A stretch of DNA of 64,000 nucleotides from Dehalococcoidia bacterium (GTDB lineage Bacteria > Chloroflexota > Dehalococcoidia > UBA6926). Positions within the stretch are counted from its first letter, which is position 1, and each line of letters begins with the position of its first letter. Both the position numbers and the translations under genes were made by a program. Below, one piece after another: positions 52,560 through 61,908 of the stretch. The notes under the pieces are model-generated. The model ran no database searches and was not told the origin of the DNA. It saw nothing but the letters and a program-made list of their open reading frames with translations. The stretch covers positions 288,001 through 352,000 of the forward strand of contig CAXXET010000006.1 of the NCBI GenBank assembly GCA_963666115.2, given 5' to 3'.

Positions 52560-53327
52560 GTGTCATCACCAAACGCCCCGCAAACCGCCCAGCCCAGGGT
52601 GACGGTCACCTTCGCGGATTGGGGCGCGACGTACAAGATCGCGCTCGGCGTCATATTCGTCGGCGTCTCCATCATCGTCTTTGCCCCGTTCGTGGGGGGC
52701 GCCCTCATGCAGGCCGCATCGCCGCTCCTGGAGGATGTGGCGGGCGCGCCGCCGGACCGCGTCGTCTTCGCCGCGTCCGATTCGCAAACGGGCGTTGATG
52801 TACTCGTGCTGCTTGGCGTGGCCAATCTCATCGTCGGCATCTGCCTGTTCGCCGTGCGCCTCGTGCTTGAGCTCCTGGGGCTGGCCGGCGAGCCCATGTT
52901 GACCCGCAGGATCAGGCCGCGCGGCAAGCTGGCATTGGGCGGGGCCGCTGTCGCAGCGCTCGTGCTGATTGTCAGCGCATCGCTTGAAACCGTGATCCGC
53001 GAGTCGTCCGTGGACATCGATGCCGATATGTCCGACATACTGCGGGCGTTGGGCATCGCCGGGCAAGTGGGCGCGCTGTTCATGGCGTCCTCGATCATCA
53101 CGCTCTTCTGGTGGGGGCGCCTGTTTCGTTGGGCCGACGCCATCGGATGGGGCAGGCCGCGCTGGGGCTGGATCAACAGGCTCTCAGCGGCGATGATCCT
53201 GGCCGCGCTGCTCGCCGGGCTTCCCTTCATTCCCTTCGACGACGCGGCCTATCCCTTCGGCGTCACCGGCGCAGCCGTCCTGGTCCTGGGAATCATTCCG
53301 CAGATATTCGCCCGCGGACGCCCGTAG
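52560..53327 (+). CDS. Hypothetical polytopic membrane protein
   Basis: 255 aa with about six hydrophobic segments. Confidence 0.7.
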   Translation: MSSPNAPQTAQPRVTVTFADWGATYKIALGVIFVGVSIIVFAPFVGGALMQAASPLLEDVAGAPPDRVVFAASDSQTGVDVLVLLGVANLIVGICLFAVRLVLELLGLAGEPMLTRRIRPRGKLALGGAAVAALVLIVSASLETVIRESSVDIDADMSDILRALGIAGQVGALFMASSIITLFWWGRLFRWADAIGWGRPRWGWINRLSAAMILAALLAGLPFIPFDDAAYPFGVTGAAVLVLGIIPQIFARGRP

Positions 53328-53337
53328 CGGCTGTCCC

Positions 53338-54600
53338 CTAGCTGACGTCGTACCAGCCGTAGAGGGAGATATACCAGGCCGCCAGCCCCGCAAGGCTCAG
53401 CGTCACGGCCATGACGGTGAAGACGATTCCCAGCAGTATCTTGCCGCCCTCCCGCTTGCGAGGCCGGCGTGGGAGCGGCGGGGCGGAGGCGGGAGCGGCT
53501 TGGGTTGCACGGGTCTGGGCGGGGCGAGTCTGCGGCCGGGTTCCCGTTGTGGCGGGCTGTGTTCCGCCGGTCTGCTGCGTCCTGAGCATCTGGCGGTATC
53601 CCTGCGACGTGACGCCGCGTGTTGTCGCCGGTGGTGGGGGAGGAGTGGGCGGCGGCGGGGCGGCGGGAATGGAGAGTGTGGCGGACGGGGACAGAGGAGC
53701 GGCGCTCACGGGAATGCCGCGCAGCGCCGTCTCCAGGTCCGGCACCTTCTCCACCGGAAGCGCGCAGAACTCCTCCAGCCGCTCTGTCAGTTTCGCCACC
53801 GTCTGGTCGGACGACTTCTTCAGCCGTTGGAAGAGCGGAGATTTCTTGGGATCCGCGTAGTCGTCCCTTGTGAACAGCAGGTTGTCCTCGTTGAAGAACG
53901 ACCATACGCCGGGGTCGGACGCCGCCGCGAGCAGGCTGAGGTAGACGACCAGCGACGGGAAATTGTCCACGTAGGAGTCATAGTCGTCCGCCGTCCTGAG
54001 CGGGTGTTGAAAATTCTTGTGCCCCAACTCCGGGCTGCGCTCCCCCCGGAACTGCGGCAGGAACATGCCGTCATAGTCCACCAGCCGGATGCGCCCGTCC
54101 TTTTGCACCATGACGTTGCCGTGCTGCAGGTCGTTGTGGGCGATGCCAAGCCCGCGGAGGCTGGCGGACGGGCCGCCGCGCCATTGGGCGGCGACCTGGC
54201 GCAACATGCCGGGGTCGTTGATCTTGTCGTCGACGAAGCTGCTCAGCGACTGCCCCTCCACCCACTCCATCCTGACGATGGGATACCACGTGCCGCGCAC
54301 GTTGATGCCGCGCTCCATGTACTCGAACTGCACGAACGACGGGGGCAGCACGTTCATCAGGTAGTCGCTCAACTTGTTGTAGCGGTCGTGCTGGTCTTTC
54401 ACCTCGCGGGTGAAGCACCGCACCGCGAACGTCCGCCCCCCAACCGAAAGCGGATAGACGCAGGCAAACGCGCCGGAGTACACCAGCGGCATCCCCCGCC
54501 GGTTGGTCGCCACCGTTCCCCGCTCGAAATCTGTGCCCGTGAAGCACAGCCGCGGGTTCTGAACGGCCTCGCTAAACTCCGTTATTCCCGGCCACGCCAT
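53338..54600 (-). CDS. YegI-like protein kinase with Pro-rich linker and C-terminal TM
   Basis: SGAFACVY, AVRCF, RMEWVEG, HNDLQHGNVMV, LVDYDG, NFQHP. Confidence 0.85.
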   Translation of the reverse strand: MAWPGITEFSEAVQNPRLCFTGTDFERGTVATNRRGMPLVYSGAFACVYPLSVGGRTFAVRCFTREVKDQHDRYNKLSDYLMNVLPPSFVQFEYMERGINVRGTWYPIVRMEWVEGQSLSSFVDDKINDPGMLRQVAAQWRGGPSASLRGLGIAHNDLQHGNVMVQKDGRIRLVDYDGMFLPQFRGERSPELGHKNFQHPLRTADDYDSYVDNFPSLVVYLSLLAAASDPGVWSFFNEDNLLFTRDDYADPKKSPLFQRLKKSSDQTVAKLTERLEEFCALPVEKVPDLETALRGIPVSAAPLSPSATLSIPAAPPPPTPPPPPATTRGVTSQGYRQMLRTQQTGGTQPATTGTRPQTRPAQTRATQAAPASAPPLPRRPRKREGGKILLGIVFTVMAVTLSLAGLAAWYISLYGWYDVS

Positions 54601-54621
54601 GATTCTGCTCTACGTCCGGGG

Positions 54622-55404
54622 CTATTCGACTTCGACGACGACCATCGTCGTATCGTCATTCCGCATCAGCTTGTCGCGGCGCAGGTCCTCGATCCACGCC
54701 TCCCATTCCTGCGGCTCCAGCGCCAGCAGCGTTTGCCACGGCTTCTCTCCCGCGGCGCTTTCCACCAGGAACCGGCGTGCGAGGGCGTCGCTGGCGAGTA
54801 TGAAAACGTCCCCCGCCGCGCACTTGCCGCCGACAAGCCTCACGCCGTCCCACAACTCCCCCGTGTTATTCGGGTTGCTGCAAATCAGGGCAGGGCTGTT
54901 GTCGAACTCAGCCGCGTCATGCAGCGGGAACGACACGCACAGCGCATCGTCGCGCACGACGAAGAGGCAGCTATCGCCCACTGCCACCGCCTCCCAGGAG
55001 AGCTGCTCCGGGTCGTCCGGCGTCGGTCCGACGGCCAGCCCCACGAGTGTCGCGTACGCCCCCGCGCGCGTCTTCGGCTCCGCGTGCCAGGGCAGGCGGT
55101 CCCACGGCACCGCGTCATGCCATGCCCCTTGCGGCGAGACTAACCACGCGCTCAGTGAATCCTCGGTCAGGTCGTCCAACTCCGGGGGCTGAGCAACGTA
55201 AGCATCGGCCAGCGCATCTGCCCATTCCCGGGCGAACGCGGACTCGGTCGCGCCGTCCGCGACGGCTATGCGCGCCGTGACTCCTTGCTCGGATTCCCCG
55301 TCCTGCTCCGGGTAGAGGACACGGAAAGAATCCTCGTACTCCTCCGCGCTGTTGCCCGCCTTGGGCAGCCACAACTCCGCGAGAGGTCGAAGGCCCACCG
55401 TCAC
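54622..55404 (-). CDS. PP2C-like phosphatase (YegK-like)
   Basis: EYEDS, AVADGATES, AVGDSCLF, LASDAL, RNDDTT. Confidence 0.85.
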   Translation of the reverse strand: MTVGLRPLAELWLPKAGNSAEEYEDSFRVLYPEQDGESEQGVTARIAVADGATESAFAREWADALADAYVAQPPELDDLTEDSLSAWLVSPQGAWHDAVPWDRLPWHAEPKTRAGAYATLVGLAVGPTPDDPEQLSWEAVAVGDSCLFVVRDDALCVSFPLHDAAEFDNSPALICSNPNNTGELWDGVRLVGGKCAAGDVFILASDALARRFLVESAAGEKPWQTLLALEPQEWEAWIEDLRRDKLMRNDDTTMVVVEVE

Positions 55405-55416
55405 CCTCCGGCCGGG

Positions 55417-56271
55417 CTAATTCAAGTCCGACGCGGCGCGCGTGCCGATATCCAGGAACTGCACCAGCGCGACCATGTCCGCGTTGTACACGTAGCCGCG
55501 GGAGCCTTGCGTGACGGGCAAGTCCAGGCCGGCGGCGATGTCCACCACCTGCGGCGGGAACTCCGACGACATGCGGAACATCTGCGCCGCGTACTCGTCC
55601 TCCGGCACCGCGCTCTCATCGGCGGGGTACTGGACGGGCATCGCGTTCATTTCGGACAGATGCGCGTTGTAGACCAGCGCGTTGCCGTCGCTCGTCTCCA
55701 TCGCCATGATCTCTTCCGCCAGTGGAACCGGGTTCCCGTCCGTCGCCGCGCCGTCCGTCACGCTGATCACCATGGGCGGATACGAGTCCGGATGATCTGT
55801 GATCCAGTCATAGAGGGCTTTGGACGCGGTGGACAACGCCGCGCACATCGGCGTGCCCCACTTGGCTTCGGGGCGCAGCCAGACGGGGAACTTGCGCGTC
55901 ACCTCCACGATGCCGCCCGCGCCGTCCGACTCCTTCACCTGCCTTTCCTCCACCTGCGCCGCGTCCACGACCTCGCTGATGGGGAGGAACGGCTGCTCCG
56001 GCGAGGTTCCGGGAAGCGCCGATTGCACGTCCGGCGCGCCGGCGTCGTCCGTCGTGTAGGTGATGACGCCGATGTGGAAATAGTCGCGCACGTCCATGCC
56101 CTGCGAGCACCGTTGCGAGATGGCGTCCAGGATGCGGTTCACGGCGTCCGCCGCGCCGTCCATCTTTCGCAGCGGCTGGCCGCCCAACGACCCGTCCATC
56201 GAACCCGAGTGGTCGATCAGGAACAGGAAGCAGCCCGGGTTATTCCTGCTGATATCCGCCGAGTATGGCAT
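55417..56271 (-). CDS. vWA-domain protein (TerY/YegL-like)
   Basis: MIDAS motif LIDHSGSM, GTPM, VTDG. Confidence 0.88.
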   Translation of the reverse strand: MPYSADISRNNPGCFLFLIDHSGSMDGSLGGQPLRKMDGAADAVNRILDAISQRCSQGMDVRDYFHIGVITYTTDDAGAPDVQSALPGTSPEQPFLPISEVVDAAQVEERQVKESDGAGGIVEVTRKFPVWLRPEAKWGTPMCAALSTASKALYDWITDHPDSYPPMVISVTDGAATDGNPVPLAEEIMAMETSDGNALVYNAHLSEMNAMPVQYPADESAVPEDEYAAQMFRMSSEFPPQVVDIAAGLDLPVTQGSRGYVYNADMVALVQFLDIGTRAASDLN

Positions 56272-56367
56272 GAAACACCTCCCTGCAAGCCGCAGCAACC
56301 ATCCGGTGACGCTATACGCCTATTGTATGCCATGCGCGGCAGGTATAATGGGGTAGTGTAAGTCGAG

Positions 56368-57585
56368 GTGCCGGTGACCAACAGAGCGACGGACCTACAG
56401 CGGGCTGAGAGCGCCGATTCGTCGGCGCAGCCTGGCCCAATCGAGAATCAGCTTCATCTGCCCAGCCTGTACATATCAGGATTCAGGGGTATTGGGGAGT
56501 TGAACCTGCCGAGGCTTGCCCAGGTGACGCTGTTCGTTGGCGACAACGGCGTTGGGAAATCGACGATTTTGGACGCCGTTAGGCTGTACGCGGGGAGGGG
56601 CAACCTGAATGCGATAGCCCAGCTTTTGGATTCAAGGGAGGAGTACTCTCAGGCATGGGAAAATGGGGAACTGGTGGACAATCTCTGGTGGCCCGCATTG
56701 TTTCGCAAAATGCCGAGGGACACTGACCAGCGACTTGAAATAGGGCCTGCGCCAGAGGCTGATGGTGGTGGCGGACTTGTCATTGAGACCGTAACCCTTG
56801 ATGAAGACTCTGCGGAAGTCAGGCAGAGACGAGGTGTAGGCGGTGGGATAGCATCCGGGTCTTTCTTCAAGGTGGTCGTTCGCTTTAACGGTGAGGAGTG
56901 GCGCCTCTACGACTATAATCTTCAGAATGCGAAACCCTCCCCGAATTCGTCCCCGGAGGCGGAGATTGCAGTGGCCATGGAGCGACGGGAAGAGATTCCG
57001 GGGACGATATGCGAATCAGTTGGACCGGGATTGCCGGACAATGACGACCTGGGCCGCAAGTGGGACGAGATTGCCCTGACGTCATTTGAGGACGACGTCG
57101 TCGAAATCTTGCGCCCAATTGTTGGGCCTGATCTTGAACGAGTGGGAGTTGTCGGGAAACCCCTGGGGCCTCTGCACAAGCCAGATCGGCAGGTCGTCGC
57201 GCGACTTCGGGGTGACCGAAACAGGATGCCACTCAAGAGCCTCGGCGATGGTGCGCTGCGCTTCTTTGACATGGCCGTGACTCTCGCAAACAGCGCCGAC
57301 GGCTACCTGCTTATCGATGAGGTTGAAAACGGCATCCACTACTCCCACTTCGAAGAACTCTGGCGAATGATTCTTGAGGCTGCTGTTGAGCGCAACATCC
57401 AGGTTCTTGCCACGACCCACAGTTTCGATTGCGTAGCGGGATTTGCCCGTGCTGCCAACTCGCTCCCCGGTGACAACGGCATGCTGATTCGCCTGGACAA
57501 GGGCGATGACGGCGAAATCAAGACCGCTCAGTACTCAGAGGATCTTTTGTCGGTTGCCGACGAGATGGGGATAGAGGTTCGTTAG
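56368..57585 (+). CDS. ABC-type (AAA_15/AAA_21) ATPase
   Basis: ISGFRGI, GDNGVGKST, SLGDG, LLIDEVENGIH, TTHS. Confidence 0.9.
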   Translation: MPVTNRATDLQRAESADSSAQPGPIENQLHLPSLYISGFRGIGELNLPRLAQVTLFVGDNGVGKSTILDAVRLYAGRGNLNAIAQLLDSREEYSQAWENGELVDNLWWPALFRKMPRDTDQRLEIGPAPEADGGGGLVIETVTLDEDSAEVRQRRGVGGGIASGSFFKVVVRFNGEEWRLYDYNLQNAKPSPNSSPEAEIAVAMERREEIPGTICESVGPGLPDNDDLGRKWDEIALTSFEDDVVEILRPIVGPDLERVGVVGKPLGPLHKPDRQVVARLRGDRNRMPLKSLGDGALRFFDMAVTLANSADGYLLIDEVENGIHYSHFEELWRMILEAAVERNIQVLATTHSFDCVAGFARAANSLPGDNGMLIRLDKGDDGEIKTAQYSEDLLSVADEMGIEVR

Positions 57586-57589
57586 GTAA

Positions 57590-58231
57590 ATGACCTCACC
57601 GTCCCGTCTAGGCCGGGCTACAGATCCGGCGAAGTTGCTTCTGGTTGAAGGAAGCGATGATTTACAGGTAGTGCGTCGGCTAGCACGTGAGAACATCCCC
57701 GAGCTACAGTTTGAGATATGGCAGCGACAGGGAATCGACAACCTTCTAAAGGCGATACCGCTACAGTACTTGCGTCAGGGTACAACGGCTCTTGGGATTC
57801 TTGTTGATGCTGACGACAACCTGCAATTTCGATGGAACGATGTTGCTGACAGTTTGAGGCAGGTACGAGTGGACTTACCTACTGAACCGGACCCGGCCGG
57901 AACTGTTCTTGAAGGAGCACCGCGAGTAGGTGTTTGGGTTATGCCGGACAATCGCTCCAGCGGTCAGCTTGAGGACTTCATTCACAAGATGATTCCTGAA
58001 TCCGATCCGGTCTGGCCTCGCTCCGAGGCGTATATTGATGGGATACCAGGACGTGACCGCAAGTTCGGCCGAACCAAGGTCCTGCGTGCAAAGGTAGGTG
58101 CTTGGCTCGCGGCTCGTGAGCGCCCACGTCCGGTGTGGATCGGTATCGAGCAGGGCGACCTTCAACTTGAAGAGAATAGCAGGGCCTTCCTGGATTGGCT
58201 CCAGCGGCTATTTGGTGACGTTCTGCCCTAG
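57590..58231 (+). CDS. DUF3226-like TOPRIM-fold protein
   Basis: LLLVEGSDD, GILVDAD, GVWVMPDN..GQLEDF. Confidence 0.8.
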   Translation: MTSPSRLGRATDPAKLLLVEGSDDLQVVRRLARENIPELQFEIWQRQGIDNLLKAIPLQYLRQGTTALGILVDADDNLQFRWNDVADSLRQVRVDLPTEPDPAGTVLEGAPRVGVWVMPDNRSSGQLEDFIHKMIPESDPVWPRSEAYIDGIPGRDRKFGRTKVLRAKVGAWLAARERPRPVWIGIEQGDLQLEENSRAFLDWLQRLFGDVLP

Positions 58232-58248
58232 CTGTATCCCCCTGTTGG

Positions 58249-58267
58249 CCCTGAGCCTGTCGAAGGG
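58249..58267. repeat. Short REP-like extragenic element
   Basis: CCCTGAGCCTGTCGAAGGG, a widespread REP-type motif, just after a stop codon. Confidence 0.5.
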
Positions 58268-58317
58268 CGAATCCTACCCTGGCACATATACCCGTGCCAG
58301 CACCGAAATTAGGAGCC

Positions 58318-58485
58318 CTAATGCCATGCGAATGAATTGCAGATACGGTACGCGCGCGATTTGGGATGCAGCCGAACGCGATCACGCCGAACTGGTCCGC
58401 CGATGGCCGACAGCCCGCCCGCTCCCCACAGCAGCCGGAAATTCCGCCTGCGAAGCAGTTGGAGGAACGAACCATCCTTCTCCAT
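58318..58485 (-). pseudogene. N-terminal remnant of an MFS transporter
   Basis: MEKDGSFLQLLRRRNFRLLWGAGGLSAIG, then a frameshift to DQFGVIAF, then similarity is lost. Confidence 0.65.
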
Positions 58486-58492
58486 CGCCGGA

Positions 58493-60241
58493 TCACCCGC
58501 TCTCCTCAACGTGGACCGTGATGATGTCCACGCCGTAGAACTTCTCGTGGCGGACGGCGGAGGCGTGGTATCGCAATAGCCGGAGCGAGAGATCGTCGGC
58601 TGTTGGGACCGCGCCCTCATCGGCCAGGTACGCCAGTTGGTCTTCGATGTTCTCGTGCCGCGTCGTCGCCACAAACTCCAGGTCCACCATGCCCGCCTGC
58701 GGCCGCGCCTTGATGACCAGCCGTGGAGGGCGGGAGCCGTCACCGGCGTCCTGCTCCGCCTGTAGAGTAGTTAGGGTGGCCAGGGTCTCTTCGCCCGCCG
58801 CGCGCAGCCGCAGCGTGGAGGTCTCGTTCCACCCCAAGTCGGATGCCGCGCGTGTCAGAAACTCATCAATTGCAGGGAGCGAGGTCGTCTCCAGCGTGAC
58901 TTCGAGGCGTGATTGGCGCGACCCCAGCGATTCAAGCAGGAGCGTCATCCCGATTGCGACAACAGCGCCAATCGTCGCGCCATTGCCCAGCAGCCCGCCC
59001 AGGACGTCGCCGAACAGGTCCGCCATGATGGGGTGATTGTGCAGGCCAAGACCCAGCGCTCCTGCGAGCGCGACGATCAGCGCGCGCTTCTGGTTCAGGC
59101 CCTCCCGCAGAACCGTCTGCAAGCCGCTGACGAACAGCATCCCCATGGCGAGCATCAGGTACGCCCCCAACACGGGGCCGGGAATCGTCAGCAGCGCGGC
59201 AGTGAACTTTGAAAAGAGCGCGAAAGCCACCAGGACGACTGCCACGCCGATGCCCACCCGGCGGGCGGCAACCCCGGTGAGGTTGATCAGGGTGAGGCTG
59301 AATGACGAATAGGACATTGGGGGCAGCGTGCCGGCGATTCCGGCCAGAAGCATCCCGATGCCGTTCACGCTCACCATTCCCTGGATCTTGCGGAAATCAA
59401 TCGCCCGGGGCCGCCGTCTCGAGCCTTGCTGGATCGCAACGCCGTCGCTGATCGTCTTGATTCCGATGACGAGCGTCAGGATCGCGAACGAGGGCAGAAG
59501 CGCCCAGAACTCCGGGCTGAACGTCAGGTCGAAGCCCAGCTCCGGGACCTCGGGGATGCCGAACCACGCCGCGCGGGCGATTCGCTCCGTTTCGACCAAC
59601 CCAAAGACAACTGCGACCACATAGCCGGCCGCGATGCTGATGAAGGGCCCTGCAAGGCGCCACTTCCCCCTGGCGCGCAGCGTCATGATGATCGAGACGA
59701 TAACTGTCGCCACGGCGATCAGCGGGCCGGAGGCAGTGGGGGCGTCATCGGGCAGATTCTGCACGCTGTTGAACGCGATTGGCAGCACGCTGACGGCGAT
59801 CAGCATGGTCACCGTCCCGATAACCACCGGCGTGAAGATACGGCGCAGCGTTGGCAGCCAAAAGGCGAGCCCAACCTGGATGACGCAGCAGATCACAAGC
59901 AAGGTCGCGAACATCGACGGCCCTGCGGCGGACATTGACGCCGCCATGATCGCGATAAACAGCGCCGCCGGGGACGTGAGGACGATGTGGCCTCCGCCGA
60001 ACCGCCAGATCTGGAACGCCTGCAGCGCCGTGATCGCCGCCGTGATCAGCAGCGCGGTGAACACGCCCCATGCCAGGTGGGTGTCATCAAGATCGGATGC
60101 GTGAATCGCCACTGCGACGTTCAGCACCGTCGGCGCGAGAATCAGCGCCGCGCCCTGGGCTCCCACAACCAGCGTGACCCAGGGAGACGTGGCCTCCTCC
60201 GGCTCAAACCGTATCGGCAGTTCGGCGTGTGGGGACGTCAA
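58493..60241 (-). CDS. NCS2 (xanthine/uracil permease family) transporter with extra C-terminal domain
   Basis: TALQA..RFGGG, FTPVVIGTVTMLI, TGVAARRVG, IPGPVLG; soluble tail of about 140 aa; start placed at TTG 60241. Confidence 0.85.
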   Translation of the reverse strand: MTSPHAELPIRFEPEEATSPWVTLVVGAQGAALILAPTVLNVAVAIHASDLDDTHLAWGVFTALLITAAITALQAFQIWRFGGGHIVLTSPAALFIAIMAASMSAAGPSMFATLLVICCVIQVGLAFWLPTLRRIFTPVVIGTVTMLIAVSVLPIAFNSVQNLPDDAPTASGPLIAVATVIVSIIMTLRARGKWRLAGPFISIAAGYVVAVVFGLVETERIARAAWFGIPEVPELGFDLTFSPEFWALLPSFAILTLVIGIKTISDGVAIQQGSRRRPRAIDFRKIQGMVSVNGIGMLLAGIAGTLPPMSYSSFSLTLINLTGVAARRVGIGVAVVLVAFALFSKFTAALLTIPGPVLGAYLMLAMGMLFVSGLQTVLREGLNQKRALIVALAGALGLGLHNHPIMADLFGDVLGGLLGNGATIGAVVAIGMTLLLESLGSRQSRLEVTLETTSLPAIDEFLTRAASDLGWNETSTLRLRAAGEETLATLTTLQAEQDAGDGSRPPRLVIKARPQAGMVDLEFVATTRHENIEDQLAYLADEGAVPTADDLSLRLLRYHASAVRHEKFYGVDIITVHVEESG

Positions 60242-60260
60242 ATTCAGTTCGTCTCCCGCC

Positions 60261-60671
60261 TTACAGCAGGAAATCGTCCCCCAGCAGGGCGCGGGCCTGA
60301 TCATCATCGTCCGTGGTCACGGCCACGATGGCGTGCCCGGCCTGCCGATGCACAATGTGGATGGTGCGGACGTTGAGGTTGGCGTCCGTAAAGCGCCGGG
60401 CCACGCCCGCCAGCGCGCCGGGTTGGTCAGGCAGGCGAAACACGACGGCATCGGACGTGATCGCCCGCACGCTCGCCTCCAGGAGCGCATGCAGCGCCGC
60501 GTCATCATCGTTGGTGCTCAGCCGTATGACGCCGAATTCCCCGGCCTCGCGCCCGTCGATGGATTCGATGTTGATTCCGGCCTTGGCCAGAGCTTCTGTC
60601 ACGAGCGCCAGCGCGCCCGGCCCCTGGGAGGTGAAGGCGATGATCCGCCCGTCAGGATTATCTGTTTGCAT
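60261..60671 (-). CDS. Tandem ACT-domain protein
   Basis: GPGALALVTEALAKAGINIESI and DQPGALAGVARRFTDANLNV. Confidence 0.88.
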   Translation of the reverse strand: MQTDNPDGRIIAFTSQGPGALALVTEALAKAGINIESIDGREAGEFGVIRLSTNDDDAALHALLEASVRAITSDAVVFRLPDQPGALAGVARRFTDANLNVRTIHIVHRQAGHAIVAVTTDDDDQARALLGDDFLL

Positions 60672-60673
60672 CT

Positions 60674-61795
60674 CTATCCCTGCGTCACCGGCCACTCCAG
60701 GCAGTCCTGCACGATTCTGTCAATCATGTCGCGCGTGACGTGCGGCATGGTCACAATATGGGCGATATCTCCGTACGGGGCGAGCTGCCACATGAACAGC
60801 ACGTAATCCGAGGGGCGCGGGAAAACGACGATAGGGCTGTTCTCGGTGCGCCATGCCGCGATGCCGGCGGCGTTGAACGCCTGCACCGCGTACTCTGCGT
60901 TGTCCAGCATCCGCCTCACCATCTCCTGGAAGCCGTCCAGGCCATTGTGGGTCAGCCCGTACCAGATGATCATGGGCGTGATGGCGTTGCGCGAGCCCGC
61001 CAGCGTCGTGTCCAGGATGCCGACATACTCGATGGCCCGGCCGATTCGTGCCGTGTACTCCTTTCGCGTCACGACGACGCCGCACGGCATGGGCGAGCCG
61101 ATGAGCTTATGGCCGGAGATGGCGATGCTGTCGACGCCGCTGTCGAATCCGAACGGTTGGGGGTTATCGACGAAGGGGAGAATCATGCCGTGGAGCGCGC
61201 CATCGGCGTGGATATACGAACGGGCAACACCCAACTCGTCGATGATTGCCCGGATCGCGTCCAGGTTGTCGACGGCGCCCTTCATCGTCGTGCCGATGTT
61301 GGCGACAATGAGCGCCGGCGCGTCCCTGTTCACCCGCATGGATTCCCGCAGGTCGTCGTAATCAAGCTCCCCGTTCTCCTGGCTCCGCACCATGGTGTTG
61401 CGAATGCCGAGGACGTGCAGGATTTTCAGCACGGAATAGTGGGTGTCCTCTGAGAAGTAGGCGATGGGGTTCCCCAGCAGTTCTCGGCCCATGTAGATGC
61501 CGTACATATTGCCTTTGGTGCCGCCGCTTGTGACGTAGCCCCATGCATCGTCGGAAGGCAGCCTCATCAACTCGGCAACCATGCGCACCACCTCGCGCTC
61601 CGTCTCGTGCGTGTTCGCCTGGTAGCGTGAGTAGCTGAAGGGGTCTCCGACGTTGTTGGCGGCGAAAGCCATCAGCGGGTACAGCGGCGAGTAGTCGAAG
61701 TCCTGGTTGACCGGATACCCTGCGAAGAACGGGCTTAGCAGCTTGAATTCCGAGACCAACTCATCGATGCGCTGATCAATGCCTGATTGACTCAT
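60674..61795 (-). CDS. PLP-dependent group II decarboxylase, histidine/serine decarboxylase clade
   Basis: GYPVNQDFDY, NNVGDPF, THYSV, GTTMKGAVD, HADGAL, SGHKLIGSPMPCG, GSRN. Confidence 0.88.
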   Translation of the reverse strand: MSQSGIDQRIDELVSEFKLLSPFFAGYPVNQDFDYSPLYPLMAFAANNVGDPFSYSRYQANTHETEREVVRMVAELMRLPSDDAWGYVTSGGTKGNMYGIYMGRELLGNPIAYFSEDTHYSVLKILHVLGIRNTMVRSQENGELDYDDLRESMRVNRDAPALIVANIGTTMKGAVDNLDAIRAIIDELGVARSYIHADGALHGMILPFVDNPQPFGFDSGVDSIAISGHKLIGSPMPCGVVVTRKEYTARIGRAIEYVGILDTTLAGSRNAITPMIIWYGLTHNGLDGFQEMVRRMLDNAEYAVQAFNAAGIAAWRTENSPIVVFPRPSDYVLFMWQLAPYGDIAHIVTMPHVTRDMIDRIVQDCLEWPVTQG

Positions 61796-61908
61796 TGACG
61801 TTCACCTGCGTTGGCTGTGGTCATGCGTTCCCTTATCCTACTGCCATTTGACGCCCAACGCGCGAACGCTGTTCAATGACCCAAACGGAGTGAACCCGGG
61901 GGTTGAGC

